A stretch of 50,044 nt of DNA from assembly GCA_046759445.1 (NCBI GenBank), contig JBHICG010000020.1:1-50044 (forward strand), read 5' to 3'. The notes below the pieces were generated by a model that had not been told where the DNA came from, did not search any database, and worked only from the letters and a program-made list of their open reading frames with translations. The translations under genes were made by a program, and so were the position numbers. Below are positions 1-10,388 of this stretch, in pieces (position 1 is the first letter of the stretch; each line of letters opens with the position of its first letter). The DNA comes from Candidatus Scalinduaceae bacterium (lineage in GTDB: Bacteria; Planctomycetota; Brocadiia; Brocadiales; Scalinduaceae).

Positions 1-97
1 CTGCAAGGTTAGCTCCTTTACCACCAAGTAAAGCCTTCATTGAGGCATTACCATCAGCACGACCGCCTCCAAAAAAGTATATATATTTTCTTTTCAA
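1..97 (-). CDS. ppdK: Pyruvate phosphate dikinase, N-terminus (runs off the window edge)
   Basis: Hand translation from TTG at 97: MKRKYIYFFGGGRADGNASMKALLGGKGANLA, the typical PPDK start (LLGGKGANLAEM). Not in the ORF track. Confidence 0.88.
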   Translation of the reverse strand, partial: MKRKYIYFFGGGRADGNASMKALLGGKGANLA

Positions 98-273
98 TAT
101 AGTGTTTCCGAAACAGAAACTAATCAATATTTCTCTACTTATTCAAAGCAATTTTATTACTAAACAGTAATATTTTCCAGGCTTTTCAGACTTTTAAGTT
201 TGGTAAAAACTTATTAATGTTATCAAACATATTTATTTCTAGCAAGGATATTATCCTTCTCTACGTAATTATT

Positions 274-302
274 TTGACATAGGGTTGACGGTTTGATAGC
301 AT
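274..302 (+). promoter_or_regulatory. Putative sigma70 promoter of purH
   Basis: TTGACA (274-279), 17-nt spacer, TG-extended TAGCAT (297-302). Confidence 0.5.
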
Positions 303-388
303 TAGCCACGGATTTTTTATTAAATTATTCAAGATTCATTTTGTGAAACAAAATGCAATAAATTGACGACAGAAGGGAGTTAATTTAT

Positions 389-1960
389 ATGGCCAAGATA
401 AAAACAGCCCTAATAAGTGTGTCTGACAAAACAGGAATAGTGAATCTTGCCAAAGGTTTGGCAAACTTTGACATAAAAATACTTTCTACCGGAGGTACCG
501 CCAAGTTATTGAGAGAAAGTGGCATTAATGTTACAGAAGTATCTGAGTATACCGGCTTTCCAGAGATAATGGACGGCAGGGTAAAAACACTTCACCCAAA
601 AATACATGGGGGATTACTTGCAGTAAGGGATAATGAAAGCCATATGAAGCAGATAGGAGATTTAGGTATTGAGACTATAGACCTCGTAGTCGTTAATCTT
701 TATCCATTTGAGAAGACGATAAAGAAAGATAACGTCTCTCAGGAAGAGGCAATAGAAAACATTGATATAGGCGGGCCATCCATGATCAGGTCTGCATCCA
801 AGAATTTTAAACATGTTGCAGTTATAGTTAATCCTGCACATTATGAAGGGGTGTTGGATGAGTTAAATAAGGGGGGCTGTGAGCTTTCTATTGAAACACG
901 TCATAAGCTGGCCACAGAGGCATTTAAGCAAACCAGTAACTACGATAGGGCAATTTTCAATTATTTTGAAAAGGGGTGTGAAGAAAAGTATCCTGAAGCA
1001 TTAAGCCTTGAACTGCAAAAAAAGCAGGACTTGAGATATGGCGAAAACCCCCACCAGACTGCAGCGTTTTATGTTTATAAAGACTTTGAGGCAGCTTGCA
1101 TTTCAAATGCCGAACAGATACACGGTAAAGCGCTTTCTTTTAATAATATATTAGACACTGATGTTGCCATTGAAATCGTTAAGGAATTTGAAAGGCCATC
1201 CGCCGTCTTAATCAAACATGCAAATCCCTGTGGTGTTGCAAGTGCTGATGTACTTAATGAAGCATTCAGAAAGGCATACAATTCTGACCCTGTTTCGGCT
1301 TTTGGATGTATACTAAGTTTAAACAGGGCCGTTGACGAGAAGACTGCGGAAGCCATTACTGAACCAGGTCATTTCGTTGAGGCAATTGCCGCACCAGGAT
1401 TTGAAGATGAGGTTATTGAGGTTTTGACTAAAAAACGTGGCTGGGGAAAAGACCTTCGACTGTTAAAATTGAATTCTTTAAATGAATCTACTATAAAAAT
1501 GCAAATAAATGATTTTAGGGGTGTAGTCGGTGGCCTATTGGCTCAGGATAAAGATATACGTTCTGGTAACAAAGACCAGCTAAAGGTAGTTACACAAAAC
1601 ACTCCATCCGAGGATGAAATAGAAGAGTTACTATTTGCCTGGAAAATTTGCAAACATGTCAAGTCCAATGCCATAGTCTTTACAAAGGATAAGATGGTAG
1701 TGGGTGTAGGCGCCGGTCAGATGAGCCGCGTTGACTCCACTAATATTGCAATTCAAAAAGCGGGTGATCGGACTTCAGGAGCCGTTCTTGCCTCAGACGC
1801 ATTCTTTCCATTTAGGGACAGTATTGACCTGGCAGCAAAAGCAGGAATTACGGCCATAATCCAGCCAGGTGGTTCCAAAAAAGACCAGGAAGTAATAAAG
1901 GCAGCAGATGAATATGGTATTTCAATGGTTTTTACGGGTGAACGACACTTCAAGCACTAA
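389..1960 (+). CDS. purH: Bifunctional AICAR transformylase/IMP cyclohydrolase
   Basis: Motifs ALISVSDKTG, GRVKTLHPKIHGG, IDIGGP, LRYGENPHQ, KHANPCG, SDAFFPF, HFKH. Confidence 0.98.
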   Translation: MAKIKTALISVSDKTGIVNLAKGLANFDIKILSTGGTAKLLRESGINVTEVSEYTGFPEIMDGRVKTLHPKIHGGLLAVRDNESHMKQIGDLGIETIDLVVVNLYPFEKTIKKDNVSQEEAIENIDIGGPSMIRSASKNFKHVAVIVNPAHYEGVLDELNKGGCELSIETRHKLATEAFKQTSNYDRAIFNYFEKGCEEKYPEALSLELQKKQDLRYGENPHQTAAFYVYKDFEAACISNAEQIHGKALSFNNILDTDVAIEIVKEFERPSAVLIKHANPCGVASADVLNEAFRKAYNSDPVSAFGCILSLNRAVDEKTAEAITEPGHFVEAIAAPGFEDEVIEVLTKKRGWGKDLRLLKLNSLNESTIKMQINDFRGVVGGLLAQDKDIRSGNKDQLKVVTQNTPSEDEIEELLFAWKICKHVKSNAIVFTKDKMVVGVGAGQMSRVDSTNIAIQKAGDRTSGAVLASDAFFPFRDSIDLAAKAGITAIIQPGGSKKDQEVIKAADEYGISMVFTGERHFKH

Positions 1961-2100
1961 AGTGTTTTCAGGCTTTCATCATTCTTCTCATACCTCAAGA
2001 GGAAGATCCGAATAATACATAGTTAGTAAGAACCTCATATACATACAACATAATAAATAGTGTGTTTCCTAAGGATGTTTACGCTGATACTTTTTAACGG

Positions 2101-3471
2101 TTAGCTTGCTCCTTTCCCAAACAACATTACCTTCACAGTCTTTAAAAAAATATGTAAGTCAAGAATAGGTGAAAGATTCTTTATATAGAAGAGGTCATAT
2201 TGAAGCTTCTCAATAGCATCTTCTGTGTTTGTTCCATGTTTATAATTCACTTGTGCCCAACCAGTAATCCCTGGTTTTACAAATTGTCTGAAAGAAAAAA
2301 ATGGAATTTTTCCTGAAAATCTGGATACCTCCTCTTTCATTAATGATCTCGGGCCTATAATGCTCATATCGCCTTTAATTACATTCCATAATTGAGGAAT
2401 TTCATCAATTCTAAAAAACCTTAATATTTTGCCAACTTTTGTAATTCTTGGGTCATTTCTAAAACCCGCAAGCCCTCTTGCTTCTTCCATCCCAAACTTC
2501 ATCGTTCTGAGTTTAACAATATTAATAATTTTTTTGCTCTTCCCTACCCTTTCCTGTATGAAAAAAATAGGTCCCTTAGAATTCAATTTTATTGCTAACA
2601 TCGATAAAATCATTACTGGGGAAGTTATGGTAATTATCAAAATAGCAACAATTTTATCCAGTACCTTCTTAATCTTTAAATTATATAAATTACTTATTAT
2701 ATCATAGAAATTAGAATAACAAAGCCAACTGTGATTTATATATGAAATTGGAATCTTTCCTGCGATATGTTCATAAAAGCTTGGCATATCATAAATTTTT
2801 ACTCCATTAAATTTAGTATTCATCAACTCATTTAAAAGCGCAGATGACGCCATATGGTTTGTGGCAACTACCACTTTTTCAATACTTTTATCTTTTAACA
2901 AAGATAGAAGATGACCCGTATCCCCAATGACGGCAGAAGAACCAATAACAACCCCCCTCTTTTTTGCATCATCATCCAAAAAACCTACTACTTTGAAATC
3001 CTCATTTTCCTCCAAAATGCTATGTAAGGTTTCACCAGCCCTATTAGCCCCCATAATGAGGATATTAGAATGACTCTTTTTGTATTTGAAATACTTTTCA
3101 ATAATAAAACGCCAGGAAAGGCAATAGAAAAAGACAAATAAACCATTTAAAAGGAAAATAGATCTACTGTATTTCCATTTATGAAAGACGTAAAATGTGG
3201 CAGCAATCAGACAGTTTGCAACTATTATAGTGATAACAAACCTAAAAATGAAATTTACGCTATTAAACCTACCTTCATAAATATAAATATCAGCTATATA
3301 AAAAGTAAAAAGAAAGAAAAAAAGAGATAAAACAGATGCTCCGGTATAAGTAGAAAAGACATTTACAATCTCCCCTGTTCGAACTGCGTATGATAAATAA
3401 AAGGAGGCAATTATTAACAAAGCATCGCCCAACATATGAATAGATATTTTTCTTGGTATATATTTTAACAT
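2101..3471 (-). CDS. Initiating polyprenyl-phosphate sugar transferase (WcaJ/WbaP family), copy 1
   Basis: N-terminal TM helices, CoA-binding-like GFLDDD, C-terminal Bac_transf motifs (FRIDEIPQLWNV, KPGITGWAQV, DLFYI). Start moved to ATG 3471 (MLKYIPRK) to match the 456-aa paralog. Confidence 0.92.
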   Translation of the reverse strand: MLKYIPRKISIHMLGDALLIIASFYLSYAVRTGEIVNVFSTYTGASVLSLFFFLFTFYIADIYIYEGRFNSVNFIFRFVITIIVANCLIAATFYVFHKWKYSRSIFLLNGLFVFFYCLSWRFIIEKYFKYKKSHSNILIMGANRAGETLHSILEENEDFKVVGFLDDDAKKRGVVIGSSAVIGDTGHLLSLLKDKSIEKVVVATNHMASSALLNELMNTKFNGVKIYDMPSFYEHIAGKIPISYINHSWLCYSNFYDIISNLYNLKIKKVLDKIVAILIITITSPVMILSMLAIKLNSKGPIFFIQERVGKSKKIINIVKLRTMKFGMEEARGLAGFRNDPRITKVGKILRFFRIDEIPQLWNVIKGDMSIIGPRSLMKEEVSRFSGKIPFFSFRQFVKPGITGWAQVNYKHGTNTEDAIEKLQYDLFYIKNLSPILDLHIFLKTVKVMLFGKGAS

Positions 3472-3665
3472 ATCTGTGTTAGCATAATAGGCCTTAATGA
3501 GGGGAAAATACGTAAATATGTAAGATGGAAATTGAAAAAATTTAAGCCATAAACGCACTCAAACTGTGGAGATACAATTTACACGTTTAGGGTTCGTTGT
3601 TGATTATATACATCAGCATAACTAAAAGGAGCATAATATGTTTTCCAGTGATAGTGTCTATACCC

Positions 3666-4967
3666 CTAAGCCTTATACACCTTTTTACTTTCTATTTTAT
3701 TTCTCCTGAAGGCATCTCTTGTATCTACAATACATTGTGCATGCTTCTCTATAAAGGCATAGTCATAAGATGTGTGATCTGTTACTAATAGTACCAGGTC
3801 TGCTTTCTTCAATGTCTCTTCCGTGAGATCTACAGACTGCATATCGATTTCGGGATAGTGGCGATGTCCCCTACATACGGGAACAAATGGATCATTGTAA
3901 TCAACCTCTGCACCATATTCTCTTAAGAGTTGAACAATCTTTAATGCTGGTGATTCCCGTTGATCATCAACATCTTTCTTGTAAGCCATTCCTAACACGA
4001 GGATTTTGTAATTATTAATCGATTTTTTAAATTTATTCAATACATGCCCCACCTTCTCTACTACATAGTAAGGCATACTCGTATTTAACTCTCCTGAAAG
4101 CTCTATAAAACGAGTCGTCAAATCGTATTCTCTAGCCTTCCATGTTAGGTAAAATGGATCAATAGGGATACAGTGTCCGCCAAGTCCGGGGCCTGGATAG
4201 AATGCCTGAAACCCAAAAGGTTTAGTCTTGGCAGCTTCTATAACCTCCCAAACGTTTATGTCCATCCTATCAAATAGCACCTTCAGTTCATTTACAAGAG
4301 CAATATTGGCAGCCCTATAGATGTTCTCAAGTAACTTTGTCGATTCGGCAACCCTGGTTGATGAAACTGGAACAGTTTGTTCGACTATCTGGCTATATAA
4401 CGTATTAGCCACATTTAGACATTCAGGAGTGTATCCACCAACTACTTTTGGAATAGTTCGAGTAGTAAATTCTTTATTGTTGGGGTCTTCACGCTCAGGA
4501 GAATATGCAAGATAAAAATCAACACCGGCCTTAAGCCCTGATTCTTCAAGTATGTTCCTCATGTCTTCATCAGTAGTTCCAGGATAAGTAGTAGATTCAA
4601 GCACTATAAGCTGGCCTTTGCGTAGGTGTTGTGCAATTGTTTTTGTTGTATCTAATACATATGACAGGTCAGGCTCGCGATATTTATTAAGAGGCGTTGG
4701 TACACATATTATGATGCACTCAATTTCAAACATTTTTGAAAAATCAGATGTTGGCATAAACAGTGATGCACACTCCTGGATATACGATGCATCAATATGC
4801 TTGATGTAACTCTTACCATCTTTTAGTAACCTTATCTTCTCTTCATCAATATCAAAGCCTGTTACATGAAAGCCTGCTTTACAGAACTCATGTACAAGTG
4901 GTAGTCCCACATAACCAAGTCCAATTACGCCAATTGTGGCTTTCTTTGATTTAATCTTTTCAATCAA
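3666..4967 (-). CDS. UDP-N-acetylhexosamine 6-dehydrogenase (WbpA/WecC/TviB family)
   Basis: GLGYVGLP, CVPTP, LESTTYPGTT, SPEREDP, GPGLGGHCIPIDP. Confidence 0.93.
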   Translation of the reverse strand: MIEKIKSKKATIGVIGLGYVGLPLVHEFCKAGFHVTGFDIDEEKIRLLKDGKSYIKHIDASYIQECASLFMPTSDFSKMFEIECIIICVPTPLNKYREPDLSYVLDTTKTIAQHLRKGQLIVLESTTYPGTTDEDMRNILEESGLKAGVDFYLAYSPEREDPNNKEFTTRTIPKVVGGYTPECLNVANTLYSQIVEQTVPVSSTRVAESTKLLENIYRAANIALVNELKVLFDRMDINVWEVIEAAKTKPFGFQAFYPGPGLGGHCIPIDPFYLTWKAREYDLTTRFIELSGELNTSMPYYVVEKVGHVLNKFKKSINNYKILVLGMAYKKDVDDQRESPALKIVQLLREYGAEVDYNDPFVPVCRGHRHYPEIDMQSVDLTEETLKKADLVLLVTDHTSYDYAFIEKHAQCIVDTRDAFRRNKIESKKVYKA

Positions 4968-5106
4968 GTGTATATTCCTCCTTTAACACAGCAACCCCCA
5001 TTTATATTATTTAAGGGAAAGGGTCGGGCTGCTTTTTAGAATTCGCTTTCGACCTTGTCTATCAATAATTATAGTGAACAAAATAATTCGCCAACTTGTC
5101 AAAATA

Positions 5107-6123
5107 TTATGTTCCGCTTTGTCCATAATACTCCAAATACCACTCTATAAATTTTTTGATTCCTTCCTCAATTGGCGTGGCAGGCTTAAAGCCCACATCC
5201 ACTATTAAATCATCCACATCAGCATATGTTGCAGGGACGTCACCCAATTGTATTGGCAAAAGATTTTTCTCGGCATTTTTTCCCAAGCAACTCTCTAATA
5301 CTTCAATAAACTTCATAAGCTTTACAGGGTTATTGTTTCCGATATTGTATAATTTATATGGTGCATAACTCGTTGCAGAATCCGGATTAAGACCATTCCA
5401 GTTAGGATTTGGCTCAGGAATTTTATCAATCACCCTGATAACGCCTTCTATAATGTCATCAATATAGGTAAAATCTCTCCTCATCCTACCATAGTTAAAC
5501 ACATCTATTGGTCTATTTTCCAATATTGCCTTGGTAAACAAAAATAAAGCCATATCTGGACGTCCCCAGGGTCCATATACTGTGAAGAACCTGAGTCCAG
5601 TACATGGTAAGTTGTATAAACTCGAATATGTGTGGGCCATAAGTTCATTTGCCTTCTTGGTGGCAGCATAAAGAGATATGGGATGATCTACATTATGATG
5701 TACCGAAAAAGGCATCTTTGTGTTGGCCCCATAAACAGAGCTTGAAGAAGCAAAAACAAGGTGCTTAACACCATTGTGCCTGCATCCCTCTAGTATATTT
5801 AGGAATCCTACAATATTGCCATCTATATAAGCATGAGGATTTGTTAGTGAATACCTTACGCCAGCCTGTGCACCCAGATTTATAACATAATCAAACTGAT
5901 TTTCTGAAAAGAATTTTTCTATTCCTTTACGATCAGACAAGTCTAGTTTTTGAAAGGAAAATCCTGGTTTTCCTTCAAGCTTACGTAATCTGGCTTTTTT
6001 TAAATTAACATCATAATATGCATTAAGGTTATCAATCCCAATAACGTTATTCCCTCGCTCAAGCAGGCGTTTGGACAGATGAAAACCTATGAATCCTGCA
6101 GCCCCTGTTACTAAATAATTCAT
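5107..6123 (-). CDS. UDP-glucuronate 4-epimerase (Uge/CapI family SDR)
   Basis: [37 protein letters not shown]. Confidence 0.92.
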   Translation of the reverse strand: MNYLVTGAAGFIGFHLSKRLLERGNNVIGIDNLNAYYDVNLKKARLRKLEGKPGFSFQKLDLSDRKGIEKFFSENQFDYVINLGAQAGVRYSLTNPHAYIDGNIVGFLNILEGCRHNGVKHLVFASSSSVYGANTKMPFSVHHNVDHPISLYAATKKANELMAHTYSSLYNLPCTGLRFFTVYGPWGRPDMALFLFTKAILENRPIDVFNYGRMRRDFTYIDDIIEGVIRVIDKIPEPNPNWNGLNPDSATSYAPYKLYNIGNNNPVKLMKFIEVLESCLGKNAEKNLLPIQLGDVPATYADVDDLIVDVGFKPATPIEEGIKKFIEWYLEYYGQSGT

Positions 6124-6223
6124 TTACTAAACCTTTTTTTTAAGATATTGATTTTTTCAATCATATTACTTAGTGGATTATAGAGAGTCAAGCCCTTATT
6201 TCTAAGTAAAACCTTTGATAGTC

Positions 6224-6243
6224 TCACTGGCAAAACCAGTGGC
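6224..6243. repeat. Short REP-like palindrome
   Basis: Intergenic CACTGG-caaaa-CCAGTG hairpin. Confidence 0.4.
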
Positions 6244-6359
6244 TTACCTATCAAGGAGTTAAGGCTTTAGCCTTTTAATTTTATAACTTTCCCATGTCCC
6301 GAAACTTAGATGAACCACTTATATTTCTAAAATTCGAGACCTATGAAATCGTATCAACT

Positions 6360-7730
6360 CTACCTCGCCCCTCTACCAAACAACATTACCTTCATAGTCT
6401 TCAAAAAGATATGCAAGTCAAGAATAGGTGAAAGATTCTTTATATAGAAGAGGTCATATTGGAGCTTCTCAATAGCATCTTCTGTATTTGTCCCATGTTT
6501 ATAATTCACTTGTGCCCAGCCAGTAATTCCGGGTTTTACAAATTGTCTGAGACAAAAATATGGAATCTTTTCTGAAAATCTAGATACTTCCTCTTTCATT
6601 AATGATCTTGGGCCTATAATGCTCATATCGCCTTTAATTACATTCCATAATTGAGGAATTTCATCGATTCTAAAAAACCTTAAAATTTTGCCAACTCTCG
6701 TAATTCTTGGATCATTTCTAATACCTGCAAGTCCTCTTTCTTCTTCCATTCCAAACTTCATCGTCCTGAATTTAATAATATTAATATTTTTTCTGCCTTT
6801 TCCTACCCTTTCTTGTTTGAAAAAAACAGGTCCCTTAGAATTTAATTTTATTGCTAACATTGATGCAATTATTAATGGGAAAGTTATAATAATCATCAAA
6901 ATAGCAACAATTTTCTCCAGGACATTCTTAATCTTTAAATTATATAAATTTCTTGTTATATCATAGAAATTATAATAATAAAGCCAACTGTTATTTATAT
7001 GTGAAATTGGAATCTTTCCTGAAATATGTTCATAAAAGGTTGACATATCATAAATTTGTATTCCACTAAATTTAATATTCACTAACTTTTTTAAAAGCAC
7101 AGATGATACCCTGTGGTTTATGGCGATTATCACTTTTTCAATGCTTTTATCTTTTAGCAAAGATGGGAGAAGCTCTGTATCCCCAATAACTGTAGAAGAG
7201 CCAATAACAAACCCCCTCTTTCTCGCATCATCATCCAGAAAGCCTACTATTTTGAAATCCTTATTTTCCTCCAAAGTGCTATACAAAGTTTTACCATCCC
7301 TATCAGCCCCAACAATGAGAATATTGGAATGATTCCTTTTGTATTTAAAAAACTTATCAATAATAAAACGCCAGGAAAGGCAATAGAAAAAGACAAAAAA
7401 ACCATTTAAAAGAAAAATAGATCTACTGTATTTGTATGTATGAAAGACGTAAAATGTAGCCGCAATCAGACAGTTTGCAACTATTATTGTGACAACAAAC
7501 TTAATAATGAAATTTACACTACTAAACCTACCTTCAAAAGTATAAATATCAGCTATATAAAAAGTAAAAAGAAAACAAAAAAGAGACATAACCGATGCTC
7601 CGGTATAAGTAGAAAAGACATCCACAAACTCCCTCGTTCGAATTGCGTATGATAAATAAAAGGAAGTAGTTATTAACAAAGCATCGCCTAAAATATGAAT
7701 AAATGTTTTTCTTGGTAAATATTTTAACAT
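6360..7730 (-). CDS. Initiating polyprenyl-phosphate sugar transferase (WcaJ/WbaP family), copy 2
   Basis: Same length (456 aa) and motifs as 2101-3471. Confidence 0.92.
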   Translation of the reverse strand: MLKYLPRKTFIHILGDALLITTSFYLSYAIRTREFVDVFSTYTGASVMSLFCFLFTFYIADIYTFEGRFSSVNFIIKFVVTIIVANCLIAATFYVFHTYKYSRSIFLLNGFFVFFYCLSWRFIIDKFFKYKRNHSNILIVGADRDGKTLYSTLEENKDFKIVGFLDDDARKRGFVIGSSTVIGDTELLPSLLKDKSIEKVIIAINHRVSSVLLKKLVNIKFSGIQIYDMSTFYEHISGKIPISHINNSWLYYYNFYDITRNLYNLKIKNVLEKIVAILMIIITFPLIIASMLAIKLNSKGPVFFKQERVGKGRKNINIIKFRTMKFGMEEERGLAGIRNDPRITRVGKILRFFRIDEIPQLWNVIKGDMSIIGPRSLMKEEVSRFSEKIPYFCLRQFVKPGITGWAQVNYKHGTNTEDAIEKLQYDLFYIKNLSPILDLHIFLKTMKVMLFGRGAR

Positions 7731-8058
7731 AAATTAGCTCCCTTCACTCGCCAATTTATGGCATTTTTATCCGAAAATAGATATTCTGAAAAGGAGACAT
7801 AATCTTTTGTTACGGAAAACATTAGGTAAAGACTATTTATGATTATTATTAACACAATTTCACTTATGAGATATTTTTGCTTTTGAACGTCTTTTCTATA
7901 GTAGAGAAGGCTAACCATTCATCTGGAATATCACTATTTCCAAGAAGGACATAGACATATCTACGTCCTGACGGAATTGATATTACTGTTTTTTCCAAAC
8001 GACGTTCAAATTTATAAGGATATTCATGCGTCAAGCTGAAATCTAAAATTTAAGATCT

Positions 8059-8784
8059 TCAAATCCACCCTTTTATCCAATAAGCTACAATGCCAACATA
8101 TTCTTTTATAGCGAGGCTTGAGAGGCTTAAATTTCCAACATTCGGTACGAAACTAAATGGATCATAAGGTGTAGGTTTTATAATAACGTCAGACGCAACG
8201 GGTATAGCATCGACACCGATTTTTTTAAATAACGCATAAGCCCTGGGCATATGAAATGCAGACGTTACAAGCATAATCCTTTGTACATTCATCTTGTCAA
8301 GAATTTGTTTTGTGTTTAAGGCATTTTCTCTTGAATTCCTTGATTCCGTTTCGGCTATTATTCTCCCATCAGGCACGCCAAGCTCCATAGCAACCTCTTT
8401 CATCAATAGTGCGCTTTTAAGACTCTGGTCAAACAGACTGCTACTTCCTCCAGTCATAATAATCAAAGGCGCGGTCTTTTTATGAAAAAGGCTTATCCCC
8501 TTAATAATCCTCATTCCTTCTCCCCCAGATAAGACAACTATGGCATCTGCTCTAGAAATATCTTTTTCATCAACGAGGTATTTATGTTCAAGAGGGTATA
8601 ATAAGAGGTCGGCAGTCGGCCTGATGCTGAAGACGTAAATTATTATTACGCTGGTAAATAAAAATGTATGGAATAACCTTCTCTTTCTCAGATAACTAAG
8701 TACCAGAGCTGTTATCAGCAAGAAAAAGCATATGCTTAATGGAAAAATAAACCATACTAATATTTTTGATGCAGTAAAGAACAC
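8059..8784 (-). CDS. YdcF/ElyC (DUF218) family membrane protein
   Basis: N-terminal TM helices, AIVVLSGG, ESRNSRENA, LVTSAFHMPRA, KEYVG. Confidence 0.9.
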   Translation of the reverse strand: MFFTASKILVWFIFPLSICFFLLITALVLSYLRKRRLFHTFLFTSVIIIYVFSIRPTADLLLYPLEHKYLVDEKDISRADAIVVLSGGEGMRIIKGISLFHKKTAPLIIMTGGSSSLFDQSLKSALLMKEVAMELGVPDGRIIAETESRNSRENALNTKQILDKMNVQRIMLVTSAFHMPRAYALFKKIGVDAIPVASDVIIKPTPYDPFSFVPNVGNLSLSSLAIKEYVGIVAYWIKGWI

Positions 8785-8908
8785 AAACTAATAATTCCTA
8801 TCCTCAATCCAAAATCTCACCACGAGTTTCTATTTTCAATATACCAATCTTCAATAATCAATCCTCAATCGTAAATCTGCAATAAATAGTGTCTGTTGTC
8901 CCCAAAGC

Positions 8909-9014
8909 TGTCATTCCCCCCACTGCTAGCTTGCGAAACGCAGCGAGCAAGCTGTGGGGGGAATCTGAGATGAATGAACCTCTGGATACCCGACAAAAGC
9001 GTTCTGGTATGACA
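8909..9014. repeat. Composite palindromic element (TGTCATTCCC...GGGAATCT...GGTATGACA) with nested hairpin
   Basis: Outer TGTCAT/ATGACA inversion. Inner CCCCCAC...GTGGGGG wrapper is also seen at 46589 and 49690. Confidence 0.65.
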
Positions 9015-9100
9015 AAACCCGCGCACGCAAAAACCTAACCGGACAATGCTGATATTTACTATATTTATAATTCTACCTTCTACAATCATAAATAGTACTC

Positions 9101-10318
9101 CTATTTCAATGCCGAACAGGATTGTACTGATTCAATTTCTACTCTTTTTATCTTTCTATTATTAAAATTATGACAATTATTTTTTATAAACTCGACTATC
9201 CTCTCGGAGGCTTTTCCGTCTCCATATGGGTTGTGTGCCGTTGACATCTGGCTATAGAGGGCCGAATCATTCAAGAGAGATAATGTCTCTGAAACAATCC
9301 GGTCTTTATCCGTACCAACCAATCTCACCGTTCCAGCCTCTACCGCCTCAGGTCTTTCTGTAACCCTTCTTAATACGATGACAGGTTTCCCCAGTGAAGG
9401 CGCCTCTTCCTGTATGCCACCGGAATCCGTTAATATGAGATAAGACCTACTCATCAGAAAAACAAAAGTTTCATAGTCTAGTGGATCTATGAGGTGTATA
9501 TTTTTAACACCATTTAAGATCTCTCTCACAGGTCTCTGGACATTTGGATTTAGATGTACTGGATATATAATCATAACATCCGGATTGCTTACGGCTATCT
9601 CTTTCAGGGCAAAACAAATATGTTCAAATCCATCTCCGAAGTTTTCCCTCCTGTGACCGGTAACTAAAATAAGTTTTAAGTTATTAGTATTTTGCGCTAG
9701 TGTCAAATCCCATCTTTTCTTAAAATATTCTTCAAAAGCTTTTTCTCTAACCTCTGACTTTTGACTCCTAACAACTGCCAGCAAGGCATCAATTACCGTA
9801 TTGCCGGTCAAGTTTATATCGTCCTCACAAAAGCCCTCATTCAATAAGGCATTAACGGCTGTATTAGTTGGGGCAAAGTGGTAAGTAGACAAAGCGCTAA
9901 TCATACGCCGGTTAATCTCTTCAGGGAAGGGACTGTAACGGTCTTTAGTCCGTAATCCTGCCTCAATGTGCCCCAAAGGTATTTTTTTATAAAAGGCAGC
10001 AAGGGCAGCCGACATGGCAGAAGTTGTGTCACCTTGTACAAGAACAAGGTCTGGTTTTATTTTGTCCATTATTCTAGTAACTCTGGACAGGGACCTAGTA
10101 GATATTTCAGTAAGGGATTGATTATTTTTCATGATGTTAAGGTCTATATCAGGTTTTATATTAAATATAGAAAGTACCTGATCAAGCATCTCCCTATGTT
10201 GCCCTGTGACACATACACACAATTCAATCTCATTTGGATACCTTTCAAGTTCATTAATTACGGGGGCCATCTTAATAGCTTCAGGTCGGGTTCCGAATAT
10301 TGTTAGTATTTTGAACAT
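9101..10318 (-). CDS. wecB: UDP-N-acetylglucosamine 2-epimerase (non-hydrolysing)
   Basis: FGTRPEAIKMAP, TGQHREM, VQGDT, HIEAGLR, PFPEE, TDSGGIQEEAP. Confidence 0.95.
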   Translation of the reverse strand: MFKILTIFGTRPEAIKMAPVINELERYPNEIELCVCVTGQHREMLDQVLSIFNIKPDIDLNIMKNNQSLTEISTRSLSRVTRIMDKIKPDLVLVQGDTTSAMSAALAAFYKKIPLGHIEAGLRTKDRYSPFPEEINRRMISALSTYHFAPTNTAVNALLNEGFCEDDINLTGNTVIDALLAVVRSQKSEVREKAFEEYFKKRWDLTLAQNTNNLKLILVTGHRRENFGDGFEHICFALKEIAVSNPDVMIIYPVHLNPNVQRPVREILNGVKNIHLIDPLDYETFVFLMSRSYLILTDSGGIQEEAPSLGKPVIVLRRVTERPEAVEAGTVRLVGTDKDRIVSETLSLLNDSALYSQMSTAHNPYGDGKASERIVEFIKNNCHNFNNRKIKRVEIESVQSCSALK

Positions 10319-10388
10319 GAGAATTAGATGTTGGTTTATTTATTACGTTTGGTAAGAAAGGTGAGAAAATGTGTTTGATATCTAGTGA

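Noticed and set aside
100..388. ZTP (pfl) riboswitch upstream of purH
   Set aside because: The leader is short and AT-rich with no recognisable conserved riboswitch elements.
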